In this document: one piece after another, positions 48,061 to 61,500 of the stretch
Numbering within the stretch: the stretch's first letter is position 1
How the letters are laid out: each line of letters opens with the position of its first letter
Assembly (NCBI GenBank): GCA_010909165.1
Contig: VJWM01000260.1
Coordinates: forward strand, 123,007 to 187,006
Source of the DNA: Anthoceros angustus
Lineage: Eukaryota; Plantae; Anthocerotophyta
Length of the DNA stretch: 64,000 nucleotides
Direction: 5' to 3'
Notes under the pieces: generated by a model
Databases searched by the model: none
Told to the model about the DNA's origin: nothing
What the model saw: only the letters and a program-made list of their open reading frames with translations
Translations under genes and position numbers: made by a program

Positions 48061-51000
48061 ACTTAAGTTTGCGGAGCGGAGTTCGCAGTTTGCCATTTGC
48101 AGAGCAATCTACTACAATATACATTGCAATTAGATCATATATGGACAAACTTATTGTAACAATATTGTGAAGCTAGTATTGGTGAAGCATATTGGACCGA
48201 TCACAACCCTGTACGAGGTGAAGTAAACAGACGTGCCTGGAGATGTACTAAGCGTCAACTGGTGACAAAAAAGTACAAACACAGTACATGGAGCCTACAA
48301 CATCACAAGCCACGATACAGCTACGTCTTCTTGCAGAAAATCCTTAAAGTTATGAAACCACGATGAGGCCAATTTTCCTGCCCAAATTCTTGAAGTTAGG
48401 AAACCACAATGGAGCCGCAATATATGCCACATTTGTATTCACAATTTTATTCATAGCATATTAGCATAGCACTTATCCATAGTATTTATCACGGGGTATA
48501 TATGAACACGCTCTTTATCACACATTGTTAGTAGTAAACACGGTTCGATGTATCCGTGAAGCCACGGAGTATACGATCCTCCCCTTTCTGCCACAATATA
48601 CGAGCCGCAGTTGCAACTACAACTACAACACTGAAAACATAACTTCAGCCTGATCACTTGTCTTACTTGTCACAATCCTTTACCACTCCGATATACTTCA
48701 CGCGTTGACAAGAAGTGTACATGGTTTCCATATCTGAAAAGACAAGCACTGCAACACGCTCTGCCCCACAAAGTTCAGAACTGCCCCACAAGCTCCACAA
48801 CATCATAAACTATTTGTACCTCTACCACGCCACAATACACAAAAATACGTCAACAAGACGTTCTCACAGTTTCAATGCCTAGAATGGAAAACAAACATTC
48901 AAGGCAAGCACCCACAACACGCACCGCAACACAAACTTCAAACCTACCCCACAAGCTCCACAAATATCACATAGTATCTACACCTTTGCCACGCCACAAC
49001 ACACATTCTCCATTCTCTTCTTCGATGCGCTTAAAATTTCAACCTAGTGTTGTCCTTACTCACCACCAAGTTAAGATTATATATGAAAATAACGACCCTC
49101 CTCTTTCGAAGTTAATAAATGGCATAAGGTACCAGGGTGGCATCGTTTGCCAAACCCATGGGAACCATACTTGCTGATGCTTACATACCTTTTTATAATT
49201 ATTTTACCTCTTTACCTAATTATCTTTGGATTAATTGAATTACTATAACTACTTTCCATATAATTTCTACATTGGAAAATGGCTATGCATGCCTTCGGTC
49301 TTCCGTTCCATCCGGACTTCACCTGCTCCGTTTGGCAGAGCAAAGCAAAAAATAATGCGAGCTTGCTTGACACCTTTTGTGTCTGCTTCAGGTGAGCTTG
49401 CTTGACACTTTGCGTGTCTGCTTCAGCTGAGTTTGCTTGAAACTTCACGAATCTACTTTAGTTGATCTAGCTTAAAACTTCACATATCTGCTTCAGCTGA
49501 GCTTGCTTGAAACTTCATGCCACCGGCCAATTATCTTAGGAACTAAATTTTCTAATCTCAGCATACGGCATAACCAATAAAAAAATTCCAATTAATTAGA
49601 GTTGCAATCACTCTAAAATATCAACATACTACATATTTGTCTGCCCATGAGAAAGGGGAGAGCATCCGCATGGAAATGAGCAACAAGGCCATGTGAAAAT
49701 GGCCGGACCCCTTGGATGTATGGAAAGCTACTTGGAGGAGTTGAAGGGTTGGTGTTGAACAAGGTGTGCACGAAAGCAAAAGACCTTTAAACAAGCAATT
49801 ATGTACATAACCGGATGTACATATGTACATTTCTATAGGTGCAGATTTTGCTGCAGATTTTTTGCCGGTCTGGTGTGTTGGTGTGTTTTGTCAACCCGCG
49901 GCGGACTTGTCAGTGAGCTGGCGGATCGATTTGCGGGCCCGGTCTTTTCCCGTTTTTTCTGGGACGCGCGTACATATCTGCTTTCTAGGGTTTGGATAGA
50001 AAGCAGGTCTGGTCCACCGTCAGCCGTCCCCAAGCAGCTACACGAGCATGTACAACGGGTAATTACACTATGTGTACCACAACGGTGTGAGCTTTACAGC
50101 GGTTTGATGTCAAGGTGCGTACAGTCCGAAGAATGTTTCATCAGATCGCATTTACCATAGAGAAAAGTGATGAATGAAAGTATGGCTACGTAGAAGCCCC
50201 GTTGGGTATAACTGGGGATGGAGGCCTGTACAGTAGCCTCATCCTTTCAAGAGATCCGGCAGCGGAATGCAGGCAGTGGGAAGTTGGGAACCCCCTTTAA
50301 CTCGTTTCCAGGAGATGCCAGAGGCGGACTGTTGATGAGAGATCGGAGTCTCTGGAGAGTCCATGCAACCACCGGGCCCCCATCATTTGCAGTATGCTTC
50401 CCGAGGTATTCGAGGGTGGGGCCCCATCCTGGTGTGCGCTTCCACCTGGAACAGTTGCTTAACAGAGTCAACTGTGGAACAATACAGCCAGCCACTGACC
50501 AGCCCAGCTTTTCTCATGGAAATGCGGACCCCGCATGTCTTACATCTCATCCTCGTATTATGCAAGCATGTTCCGAAGGAATGCTTACTGTAAGATTCTG
50601 CAGAACCCACAACCAGCTGTGTTACCAGCATGAGATCATTGAATTGGCATACTCCTGTTCACGGCTTCACGTGGCTGTGGGTTTCACCCCAGGTCTGAGC
50701 TCCCCATCGAGCTCACGGATGGGTTCAGACGTCACGCAAGCGAAACCCGTCAAGAAGCAGGCACGAAAGAAGAAGGGCTAGAGTCCAGACTCGGGAGGGA
50801 CCCAAACGTGAGCAGGTCACCGATTCTGGCGATAAAGGTATCCACGATTGTGTCATGGGTTGGAAGCGTCGGGCGGGGCATCCGGAGGGTGGGTGAAAAG
50901 TTTGTCCGCCCGGGAGCTCCAGTTCCCGCTTTTAGACACAGGGCGGGCAAGTGGGCATCGGTTTTGGAAATCCTGGCGCCTTCGAGCTGGGTACTGTTTG

Positions 51001-51880
51001 GAGGGAGAATGTGTTAGCCTACATGCCACTCGTGTGCTTACGGCATCACCGACATTTGGGCTGCCGTGGCTTCGTTTTCGCGTTGGCCAAACCAAAGCCT
51101 CACATTGGAGGGGTTGAGACCATAGCTGGTGGGCCGAATTTTTACCGGATCGCGACGTCCTTGCCACGCGAATAGGAAAAGGCGGTGACAGCTCCTAGCG
51201 TCGCCCAATGATAGCTCCATTCTTTGACAATAATGGCCGCTGGGGACCCACCGGCCCCGCGCAGCCAGCATCCTGTGTCTGCCAGTACCGCTCTTTCCAA
51301 CCTCCTCCACCTGCCCCTGAAATTTCTGAGATCATCACAAGCTCTAGAGCTGCTCGTTGCCGGCCGTACCCGGGTGGAATTGGTTGGTTGCTGCCTGCTG
51401 CAGGCTCGTGTAGAGCGAGGAATGATAGATTATGATAGTCTACCTGCTCCGCAATTCTCAGATTGCTCGCGCCGTTTCTTGGACACGAGGCGGCCGGTGG
51501 GTGGGTGGCCCGGTGTTGGTGCCGTGCTCAGGCCCTGCTCTGGTGTGTTCCGCTGCCCTGGGGGGCCTGGGACTGAATTTTGGAGCAGGCGAGGCGTGGC
51601 GTTTGTGGGTGTGTTGGGTTTGTTGGGGCCGCTCAGGCTGCTACGCAGCGTGGGGACGGGTTCAATGTGCGTTTTTGGGTGCCCGCTGGCTGAGCACCAG
51701 CAGGAGATAGCATGGCGTGCTCTAGGATGCAGATTTCCGGCCTGTGGGCTTTAATGTCATCGTTTCTGTGGCGTCGCCAAATTTCTCACGAGCTTCACGG
51801 GCTGTTCAAGGGATCCTACGGGTGAATGACAGCCTAGCTAGCCACACTTATTGGCTACTAGTGTTCTTGGCTTTGGCAGC

Positions 51881-54809
51881 ATGTTGCATCCACGTGGACG
51901 AGCTCTGGCCTTCTTAGTGCTGCTCTATGTCCGGCCACTGGTTGGAGCTCTCTCGCCGGATGGTGATTACTTGCAACCCAGCTCCACCACGCATTTTGCC
52001 TTGCTCGCTGTTTGGGTGTGTGTGGTTTAGATGCTTGTGCGTTTCGCTGTGTTTTTCTTTTGGACGGAGGGCTGGGGGGGGAGGGTATGTTGCTGGTAGT
52101 GGTAAGCGAGGTTGTGCTGGTGTGCAGGTGTTGCTTTGCTTTCGTTCAAGGACAGGGTGCAGGACTCCCTTGGCCGGTTGGGGGATTGGGGTGGAAGTGA
52201 TGACGATCCTTGTAGTTGGTATGGGGTGACGTGTGACAACACAATCTCGAAGAGGGTGATCAAGTTGTAAGTCTTATATCCAGCTGGAGGAGCTGGAATT
52301 TGCCCACGTCAATTTATCCTCTTTGTTCGAACACTCACCTCGGGCTCTCCAGCGTCAGGAGAGACCCAGGTGGATAATGATACCATGTTAGAATGCCATC
52401 TGAACTCCGGCTCATCTACCAGGAATCTTCCCAGATGCGGGCTCGGTGGCAGCATTGCGCCAGAGTTGGGCCAACTTACTAGTCTCCGTAGATTGTAAGA
52501 TGTCCTCGTACATGGAATTTTCTCTGGAGAGTGCTGGAGAGTGCTTTTGAGAGCCAGGACATGAGCTCACTCAATGTATGTTCTTTTTGCTGCAGAGGTC
52601 TTCACTCTAACAACTTTACTGGCAGTATCCCCGAGGAAATCGCCAGTTGTACATTATTGCGAGCACTGTAAGTATTATGGATTTGTTGTTGCTTGGTCGC
52701 ACACACACTACATCGCCCTCCACCGGTTTCCCGGACTTCTGTCCAATATTTGGTTAGATATGTCCTTAGTGGAAGCACGGGTGTGCAGGTATCTTCAAAG
52801 CAATGTCCTGTCTGGACAGATTCCGCCCAGCCTTGGCAACTTGCAAAACCTCAGCAGACTGTAAGTGTCTTCGTGTGCCTCCTCCAGCTCGAAGGTGCAC
52901 GTAAATGCAAGTAACCCACCTCAGGCTTTTGCGCCTTTCTCTTGCAGAAATCTGTCGAACAACATGCTCTCTGGACCAATACCCACCAGCGGGAGCTTGT
53001 CCAAGTTCTCAGTTGACTCGTGAGTTCTCTCAAACCTGGTCTCCAAGTAGATACAAAGGTGACATGAGCTCTGCTTCTGTCTTATTCAAGAGGGTCATGG
53101 TAAACGGAACATGTGTTGTGTGTATCAGATTCTCCGGGAATGTTCTTCTGTGTGGGAAGCCTATGTCTGTACAGTGCCCTTCTTCTGTTTCCATACCTGC
53201 ATCCGGATCAGTGCCTATGGATCCCGCTGGTGAGCTTTCTCTGGTGTGGTGCGTTTTGAACTCACCAAGGCCGGTGATAGTAGTTACCGGAGACCAGCAT
53301 GTATCTGTGATCTAGTTCTTACTCAACCGTTGTCGTTTCCAGGGGGTAAAAGCTTGGGCGCCTTGAAGATAGCTGCCATAGCTGTTGGTTGCTTTTTGCT
53401 GGTGAAATTCTTTTTTGCCATCTTTTTCGTACGAAAATGGTCTAAACGCAATGAGGAGCATGAAGTCCATCTGGGAGCAGGTGAAAGGCTACTGCCTGTT
53501 GCAGCATGAATGCTGTAGTATTGTAGCCGTAGGAGAATAGCTATTCTGTTCGCAGTAGGGAACTTAGTTTTGCCCAACTCCCGCAGATCCTGATTTCCTA
53601 TAATCGCAGGTGGAAAGCTTGTAATATTCCAAGGCGGTTCTACAGTTCCTTCGTCCAAAGACATTCTAAGATGTATCGGGAAATTGAAGAAAAAGGATGC
53701 CATTGGAGAAGGGGGGTATGGCGTGGTGTACAGGTTAAAACTGAATGATAACTCAGTCCTGGCAGTGAAGAAATTGAAGCAATGTTTAGAATCTGTCCGG
53801 GGGTTTGAGAGCGAGCTGGAAACGCTCGGAACTATCAAGCATCGCAACCTAGTCAAGCTTCGTGGCTTCTGTACAGCTGTGAACGTGAAGCTGTTGATCT
53901 ATGATTTCCTGCCCAATGGAAACTTAGATCAGCTTCTTCATGGTAAGCCACTTCCCTTGCCCGTGTTCTGATCAATGATTGCTGAGTAAGGTCACTGCAG
54001 TCACCCTCTAAGTCTGATTCACTGAACCTGTGCAGTCTACTCCCCAGAGCTGAAGCATGTGCCATGGGTGAGCAGGTTGAAGATTGCCCTGGGGGTGGCC
54101 CGTGCCATTGCTTATCTGCACCATGACATCAATCCACGGATTATTCATCGGGACATCTCCTCCAGCAATATTTTGCTGAACGAGGACCTTGAACCCCACT
54201 TGTCAGATTTCGGGCTTGCGAAACTGATTGGTGTGTACGACTCTCACATAACTGCCACCGTAGGAGGAACGTTTGGCTATCTTGCTCCAGGTAAGTCTCG
54301 CTTTCTGCTACGCGGAAGCATCAAATCTTTCCAGCACAACTAGTCCTAATCGTTGTGGTGTGCTGCTCGTGGGGTGCAGAGTATGCCCAAACTGGAAGAG
54401 CAACTGAGAAAGTAGACGTGTACAGTTTTGGTGTAGTCTTACTTGAGCTTCTAACAAGAAGACGTCCTGGTGATCCTGGACTTCCTGATCACGATTTAAG
54501 CTTAGCTAGTTGGGTGAGTTATCTGACCTCAATCGCTCTGCATGCTTTCGCAATGTCGTACTAACTGATCGTTTCACCGCCTGCGCTATGCAGGCCCTTC
54601 AGCACGAGAAAAACGGTCAAAAGACAGATCTTCTGGATTTGTACTTGAAGGATTCAGCTCCAAGGGAGCAAGTTTCTGCTGTCCTGGATTTGGCATGCAG
54701 CTGCGTATGCAGGATGCCGGGCATGCGCCCTTCCATGGACAAGCTGGTGGAAAGTCTGGAATTCATCCAATCGTTGAAGCCTGAAGCTTTGTCAACTCCC
54801 GATGTGTAG
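51881..54809 (+). CDS. LRR receptor-like kinase, FEI/LRR-XIIIa-like, multi-exon
   Basis: Signal peptide [27 protein letters not shown]|G, LRRNT (ALLSFK...[10 protein letters not shown]), four 72-nt LRR exons, FSGNVLLCG, transmembrane helix, GGKLVIFQG, kinase GEGGYG / AVKK / HRDISSSN / DFG / GTFGYLAPE / DVYSFG. Confidence 0.9.
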
Positions 54810-55259
54810 ACTAACTTCCTACAACACTCTGGTTTTCACAGAGGTAGTTTTGCTGATACAGTTTTGCCAAGGCGCCTCTGAGCTTCCACTCCGGCGTCCT
54901 TCCTTCTGAACAAAATATCTAACTTCTTCTCATAACCTTTGCCACTCAAAAAATAATAGTCCTTCACATTTTGGAAGAAAATCAGGAGCAAACAAGTGAG
55001 CAAATCTGCGCGTCAGTGTCCTGGACATCAAACAAATTGTAGACGACAGCGAAGTGAGATGCCTAACATTCATCCACAATCGCATCATTCTACAATATCT
55101 ACTTCAGGGCAAGGCCCTAACAATGATATGTTACAGAGGAACAGGTGGTCAGAACGAACAGAGCGAATTCTGTCATGCTGTCAGCCCTGTACACAGCCAT
55201 GCTCCTCAAAAAAGAGGACACCTGGCAACAGCCGACAACTGCAACCTAAACAGTTCACA

Positions 55260-56012
55260 TCATCCTGACTCGTCACTCAACTCAGTAATAGACTCTAAAG
55301 AAGAAGACACCTTAACTTCAGGTTCCACATCCCCTTCAAGTCCAGATGAATCCAGTTGGAGCATCCCTTCCACCTGCGGCTCCTCCGAAGTATGCGCCTG
55401 GGCTTCTTCCGAAACACATTTACTGCCGTCTGAGGCAGGCAGGATGATAAAATCATCACCCGTGGCTTCGGTGTCGACGCTGAGAGGGGCAATCGGAATC
55501 GTAACAACCAAGCAGCCGTTCTCATAAGTCGCAGTGCTAGAGCACGGTTGGGTGTCGGGTGGCAATCGGAATCGCCACAAATCACGTTCTAGGTCTTCTA
55601 ACGCTGACGCCTGCTTCTCCGCTCCTCTAATGACAACCTTGGTTGCCCCCGGAACGATCTCAATAGCCTCAGCCCTGATGTCGTCAGCCACCAGCCCGGG
55701 CATCTCAATAGAGAATCTGTACTGCACGTCATCCTCTTGCACATCCACACAGGAATCAGCCTCAACAGGCAGCTCCAAAACCCTTCCAAACAGATGAGGC
55801 AGCCGTTTGAGCTTCTTTGCAGAAGCGCTGAGGAGCCTGGAAAAGCTCCTGCAATCAGGACTGGTCCCACGGTCATACGACAAAGGCAGCACCCGCTTCT
55901 TCACAGACACAGGTTGCACATCCGACGCCGCCATGACGTCGGCCTTACTCACAGCTGCCAGGAGAGCCTCTTGGAGGACAAGGGAATGAGCCTGCCAGGA
56001 CAGAGTGATCAT
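55260..56012 (-). CDS. HSP20/alpha-crystallin-domain-like protein, intronless (true start may be the later Met in MAASDVQP)
   Basis: KKLKRLPHLFGRVLELP, IEIVPGATKVVIR and DLWRFRLPPDTQP...YENGCLVVTIP match a plant ACD-like family. Confidence 0.78.
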   Translation of the reverse strand: MITLSWQAHSLVLQEALLAAVSKADVMAASDVQPVSVKKRVLPLSYDRGTSPDCRSFSRLLSASAKKLKRLPHLFGRVLELPVEADSCVDVQEDDVQYRFSIEMPGLVADDIRAEAIEIVPGATKVVIRGAEKQASALEDLERDLWRFRLPPDTQPCSSTATYENGCLVVTIPIAPLSVDTEATGDDFIILPASDGSKCVSEEAQAHTSEEPQVEGMLQLDSSGLEGDVEPEVKVSSSLESITELSDESG

Positions 56013-56634
56013 CTACTCACGCTCCTCGCCTTGCGCATCCAGAAGCTCAAGAGCCCTCACTCGATCACCTTGCTGACACCCAACAGCAGAAACCGACGAC
56101 GCAGAGGCTGGCATACGAAACATCCGCTTGCAAGCGGAACAAAAACGACATCCTCCGCCCACGACGTACAGACAGATCGTGTCAGTACGCGGTACCAGCG
56201 AGATATGTACAAGCAGATTGCGGTACAGACAGTTAGACAGACGCAGCGGATTGCAGAAAGGTGAAGATCTAGCAGCCGCGTAACAACATCCGATCTTTAT
56301 AGCTGCCGACAGTTCGATGTCCGGGTTGCAACAGGATCGCTCTCGACTGCTGAGTCAGGAAGGGGCCAGGAAACCCTAGGCTGAGCAGTGCGTTGCCAGT
56401 GGGGTCGCTTATCCCGCACTTAACGCAAGAAGATGAGGCTGCCTGCCGAGAAGCCCGGAGCGGACGTGGGGACCTCATCATCCCACAACCTTGCCCTGGC
56501 CTTCTTACAGGCTTCTCATCTCGCTAGGCTGAGAAAGAGCTTCACAACAGCTTCACTTACAAGCGTCATAGGCCTCATTACTGTATTGTGTGGAATAGTG
56601 AATTGCAGCAGCATCATGCTGGCAAGGTGAAGTA

Positions 56635-59115
56635 TCAAGCAACTACCTCCACCAAGGACGGCTCATAGTCGCTGGGGGCCTCAAAGCCTAGAAAATTCAT
56701 GATGGTGGCCGCCACATTGGCGAGCCCGGCAGAGGGAAGGTTTTGACGGAACCTGACTGTTTCAGGAAGGCCTGGACCTCCGATGGCAATTGGAACCTGC
56801 AGGGAAAGAGGGGAGGGTGGAAGGAGGGTCAGAAGGCAGCAGACAGGAATGAACGGGCACACAAATAGACGGGACGGGTGGTAGTCAACCGGTGCACATG
56901 TGTGAGATGTAAGAATCTGGGGTTTCCCTTGCTTGTCCAACAAAGGCTCTCCCGTCTTGGGATTCCTCTTCACCATGTCCTCTGCGTTGCCATGGTCTGC
57001 GGTTACGAGGTAGATACCCCCGACTTTTTCCACCGCGTCCAGTATGATCTGCAAGGGACCAAGTACAAGGCAGATGCTCAGGTCCCGCCCAAGGTCATCG
57101 AGGAGGTTGAAAAAATGTGAACTTGGGTAAGAATGGTGTTAGTAACTGTCACCTTAACAGCTTTATCGGCAGCCTCACAACCAACGATGGTGGCCTTCAC
57201 ATCCCCTGTATGACCAACCATATCACCGTTGGGCAGGTTGACACGCACCTGAAACCACCCCAAGGAAGCGTGTTCAATTTGCAACTGTGGAACCTGTCAG
57301 CTTTCGAAACCATAAGCAGTGAACAGACTAATTATGAACCTGATCATATTTTCCGCTCAGAAGAGCATCTCGTGCCGCTTCAGCAACCTGCAAGGCCTTC
57401 ATTTCAGGCTTTTGGTTAAAAGCAATTCCCTGGTCACTAGGTATTTCCTTGTACTCCTCCAACTTGTCATGGAACTTGCCCGCTCGATTGCCGTTCCAAA
57501 AGAACGTCACGTGCCCAAATTTTACAGTCTCACTGCGCAGTGGATGCATTGTCAGTGCAACTCGTCAAGATGGCAAAGTATGCATGTAATCCGCCGAGTT
57601 CAGGAATAGAAAGGTGATGACGTAGCATATACCTGCAGGCAAAGGTAGTGACTCCGTTATGCACCAAGTATTCACCCGAAGTCCTTTCAATCTCGGGGGG
57701 AGCTACCAGGTAATGGCTTGGCAGCTTCAACTCTCCATCATACTGCAGCATCCCAGCGTATCTGATTTTGGGAAACCGAACTCTATCGAAGTGATCGAAT
57801 TTGTCGAACTCCAGAGCTTTAGCCAGCATTATCATTCTATCTGCCCGATAGTTGAATGTCACAACCGCATCCCCATCTTCCACTGCTCCAACAGGCCTGT
57901 TATCCGCGTCAACTATGACGAAGGGTGGTAAGTACTGGTCATTTGCGCCCTCGGCACTTCTCAGCTCCCTGACGCCTTGCAAGGCACTTGTGAACCTGTG
58001 TGGCGCCTTCCCCAGAATGTGAGCATCCCATCCTCTCTTCACCACGTTCCAATCATTCTGCACACCATAGTGTCAGCGGATTCCTCAAAACAAACATCGG
58101 AAGCCAGTGACTGCTGTCAAAATCATGAGGCAGCACGGGTGATGCAGCACCTCGTATCGGTCCATGGTGACGATCATCCGGCCCCCTCCAGAGGCTATCA
58201 ATGCATCAACTCCATTGCTCCGCAGCTCCTTCAAGTCCTTCTCCAACTCCTCAACAAACCCGATGCTGGAGCCATCCAAAACATCCCGACCATCTGTGAG
58301 GATGTGAAGTCGAATTTTCTTCGCCCCTTTGGCAACAGCTCCTTTCATAAGCCCCTATCATGCAGAAACAATTGTTCAGAAACCGCGCGCGTGGTATCCT
58401 ACGCGTGAACAGCTAGCTACACATGCATGTGGCAACACAAGAAAAGAAAATGCATGTCACAAACCTGCAGCTGATCGTAGCGAGAATGCACCCCTCCATC
58501 ACTGAGAAGGCCGATCAAATGAAGAGTGCCCTCGGGGAAGGCTTCCTGAATATACCTGAAGCCCTCCCCTTCAAAGAGCTTCCCAGACGCAATAGCCGAG
58601 TCCACCAACCCCGCCCTGTAATCGCAAGCAGTAAACCCCAGCTGAGCGCCATAATCTAACATGCATAGACCTCCTGCAAGCCATATGCATCTCCACAAAC
58701 ACAAATGCGTCAGTGCACGCACCCCTGCTTGTAGATCCGCCCTGCGCCGAGTGCGTTGTGCCCGACTTCGCTGTTCCCCATGTCATCCTCTTTGGGCAGC
58801 CCCACGGCGGGTCCATGGGCTTTCACAGTCCGCCATCGGTACGGACTCCCCTGCAACTCAGTCACGTTCATGATCAGCCACAAGCACGGATTCGGATGCC
58901 ATTGGCTGCTGATGTCCAACACGGTAATGCAAGTTTGTAAGCAACAGAAGGTGAACCTCCTTGAGAGAATCCATTGTGGGAGTGCTGGCAATGTGAATGG
59001 CGTTGTATTGGTCCGCACTCCGCTCGCCCCATCCGTCCAGCACCACCACAGCGAGGCCTGGGCCCTTGCGCAAATGAGGATGCGGGTGCAATCGCCAGTC
59101 CGCCTCGTTGCCCAT
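56635..59115 (-). CDS. iPGAM: 2,3-bisphosphoglycerate-independent phosphoglycerate mutase (cytosolic), multi-exon
   Basis: [117 protein letters not shown]. Confidence 0.95.
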
Positions 59116-59398
59116 TTCCAACCGTAGCACCTGAAAACGTCTTCTTCACCGCGCGCGCACACCAACAGGCCCCTCTGGCGTTCACCATCTCCACTTCGCC
59201 TGAGAATGCCATGCCCACCAGTTCCGCGTCGCACTTGGCTTGCCAGATGGCCTCCTCACACTTCGCCACACGTGAGTCTCTTAGTAGCTCTGCGGACAAA
59301 GCTTCCTCTCTACCACCTGGTGGCGTTGGTTTTCACTAGCCCCAGCCAAGCAACTGCTGTATTGTATTTACTGCTTTTTACATACCTACACAGCTTAA

Positions 59399-59910
59399 TG
59401 TGTGTCCAAATGGCTTAGGCCAAATGGACACACATTTATAAGAACGCTGATTAAGCATCCTTAGCTTAGATTGGTACTTAGATGAGGTGCCTAAAGGGAG
59501 TGGATGCCCTTGGTGATTAAGCATCCTGAGCTTAGTACTTAGATGGGGTGCCTAAAGGGAGTGGATGCCCTTGGTGATTAAGCATCTTGAGCTTAGATTG
59601 GTACTTAGATGGGGTGCCTAAAGGGAGTGATACTTAGATGGGGTGCCTAAAGGGAGTGGATGGGGTGCCTAAAGGGAGTGGATGCCCTTGGTGCAAGTAG
59701 CTTAAGCACACCATGGTACAAGTTGTTAAATACCAAGTCCCATGACGGAAATCCGTCCTTAGTGGACTTAAATAAAATTCTTCTTCTTCCTAAAGGGAGT
59801 GGATGCCCTTGGTGCAAGTAGCTTAGGCACACCATGGTACAAGTTGTTAAATACCAAGTCCCATGATAGAAATCCGTCCTTAGTGGACTTAAATAAAATT
59901 CTTCTTCTTT
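59399..59910. mobile_element. Dispersed repeat copy 7: nested series of partial restarts (hairpin end left, two (TTC)n ends)
   Basis: About 6 overlapping family segments joined at short shared sequences. Confidence 0.75.
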
Positions 59911-61329
59911 TTCTACAAGTATGTACGTATCTAATTAGTACTAAGATACAAGGAGGATATATACTTTTATATATTACATTGAACAATAAATATATGTCCT
60001 CTCTTGAACAGTGACATAATAGCCAAGAGTTTCAATCGTGGTTAACCCCAAAACAACCGGCCTATTTTATGTCATAGATTAGTTAAAAAATGATATAATG
60101 TTTTTGTTATAACCAAGTATGTTGTTTCCAACGCACCATAGATGGCCTCATTCCATGAAAAGATATTGTATCTATGTCGTTAGAAACAATACAACCGCTT
60201 CCTCGGATTGGAACTCTCTTACATAGTTTTCACGTTTTTGAAAACGAGCGAGCCACAATTACATCCCTAGATGCACGAAGCAACTCATTTTGGATATTTG
60301 GCATCGAAAAATTGCCAAATATTTGTCGTTTCAAGTTGGCCCTTGCACCATGTTTTTAACAGAATGTGGAGAAGGCAATAGGCTATTTTCCAACTTTATG
60401 GGCAGAAATTTACCGCTCAGATGCACACACGAGCGGCATTCAAAGCCGAAGGTTCCATAAGATTCTTTGGAACTCCATGTGAGCTTGCTTGTTAGAGGGA
60501 CCGGGGTTGAGCACTGCTCTGCAAAATGTAGGATATCATGTGTTTCAAAGCTAAACAAAGTAATTGCATGGCAAAAAAGAGGGCACCTGTCTTCACATTT
60601 GCCCAAGTTTTGTCAACACGATCTGATAGTTTCACCTACAAAAAAAGGTTATCTTTGGCATTTTTCTCTGGCTTTTTAAAAGTTTACTCTCTACATGATG
60701 GCTTTTTCAAAGTATATTCTCCATAGTATTTTCCACACGTTAAGGCTTTACAATTGGGATGGGAAGGAAGCCATCGAGATCCAATTAATTTAACTAATCA
60801 ATAAATACCCTGTTTATAGCACACCACACAAAATGTACAAGCTTACAGCTACAAAGATGGATGCTAGGCAAGGCTTTGATAGTCGCCTACAGTCTGCAAT
60901 TAGCTCCCGTGCTCCTCGTGCCCTCCAACTCCTCCTGCTATTTCAAGCTTGCTAAGCTATTTCCTTTGCTTGCTATTTACTGAATTTTCTTGTATGGATA
61001 ATGCACTATCCATTTTGAATAATAAAGATTACCTAATCATTTTTATCATATATTTATTAATTAGTAATTACTTAGCTAAATACGATAGCACACCCATGAC
61101 AAGGGAGGACTTCAAAATTTAGTTCATGTGAACCCATGGCTATCGCGTCACTCCTCAAGGGCAAACTTAAAGATTTCAAAAGGAGAACTTCAATTTTTTT
61201 TCTCTAGCTTTTCAAAAGTTTACTCTCTACATGATGGCTTTTTAAAAGGACTTAAAGATAGAAAAACTTCAAAATTTAGTCACTCCTCAAGGGAGGACTT
61301 CAAATTTAGTTCCAAGGAATGCATGGCTA

Positions 61330-61500
61330 CCGTTCACCGCTCAAGGGCGAACTTAAATACCCTATCACTTCTGAAGAAGAAGAAGCCGTTCACCACTCAA
61401 GGGCGAACTTAAATACCCTGTCACTCTTGAAGAAGAAGAAGTCGTTCACCGCTCAAGGGCGAACTTAAATATCGTGTCACTCCTGAAGAAGAAGAAGAAT
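61330..61500. repeat. 56-bp tandem unit x 3, each ending in (GAA)n
   Basis: ccgttcacc(g/a)ctcaagggcgaacttaaata...tcactcctgaagaagaagaa at 61330, 61386 and 61442. Confidence 0.85.
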
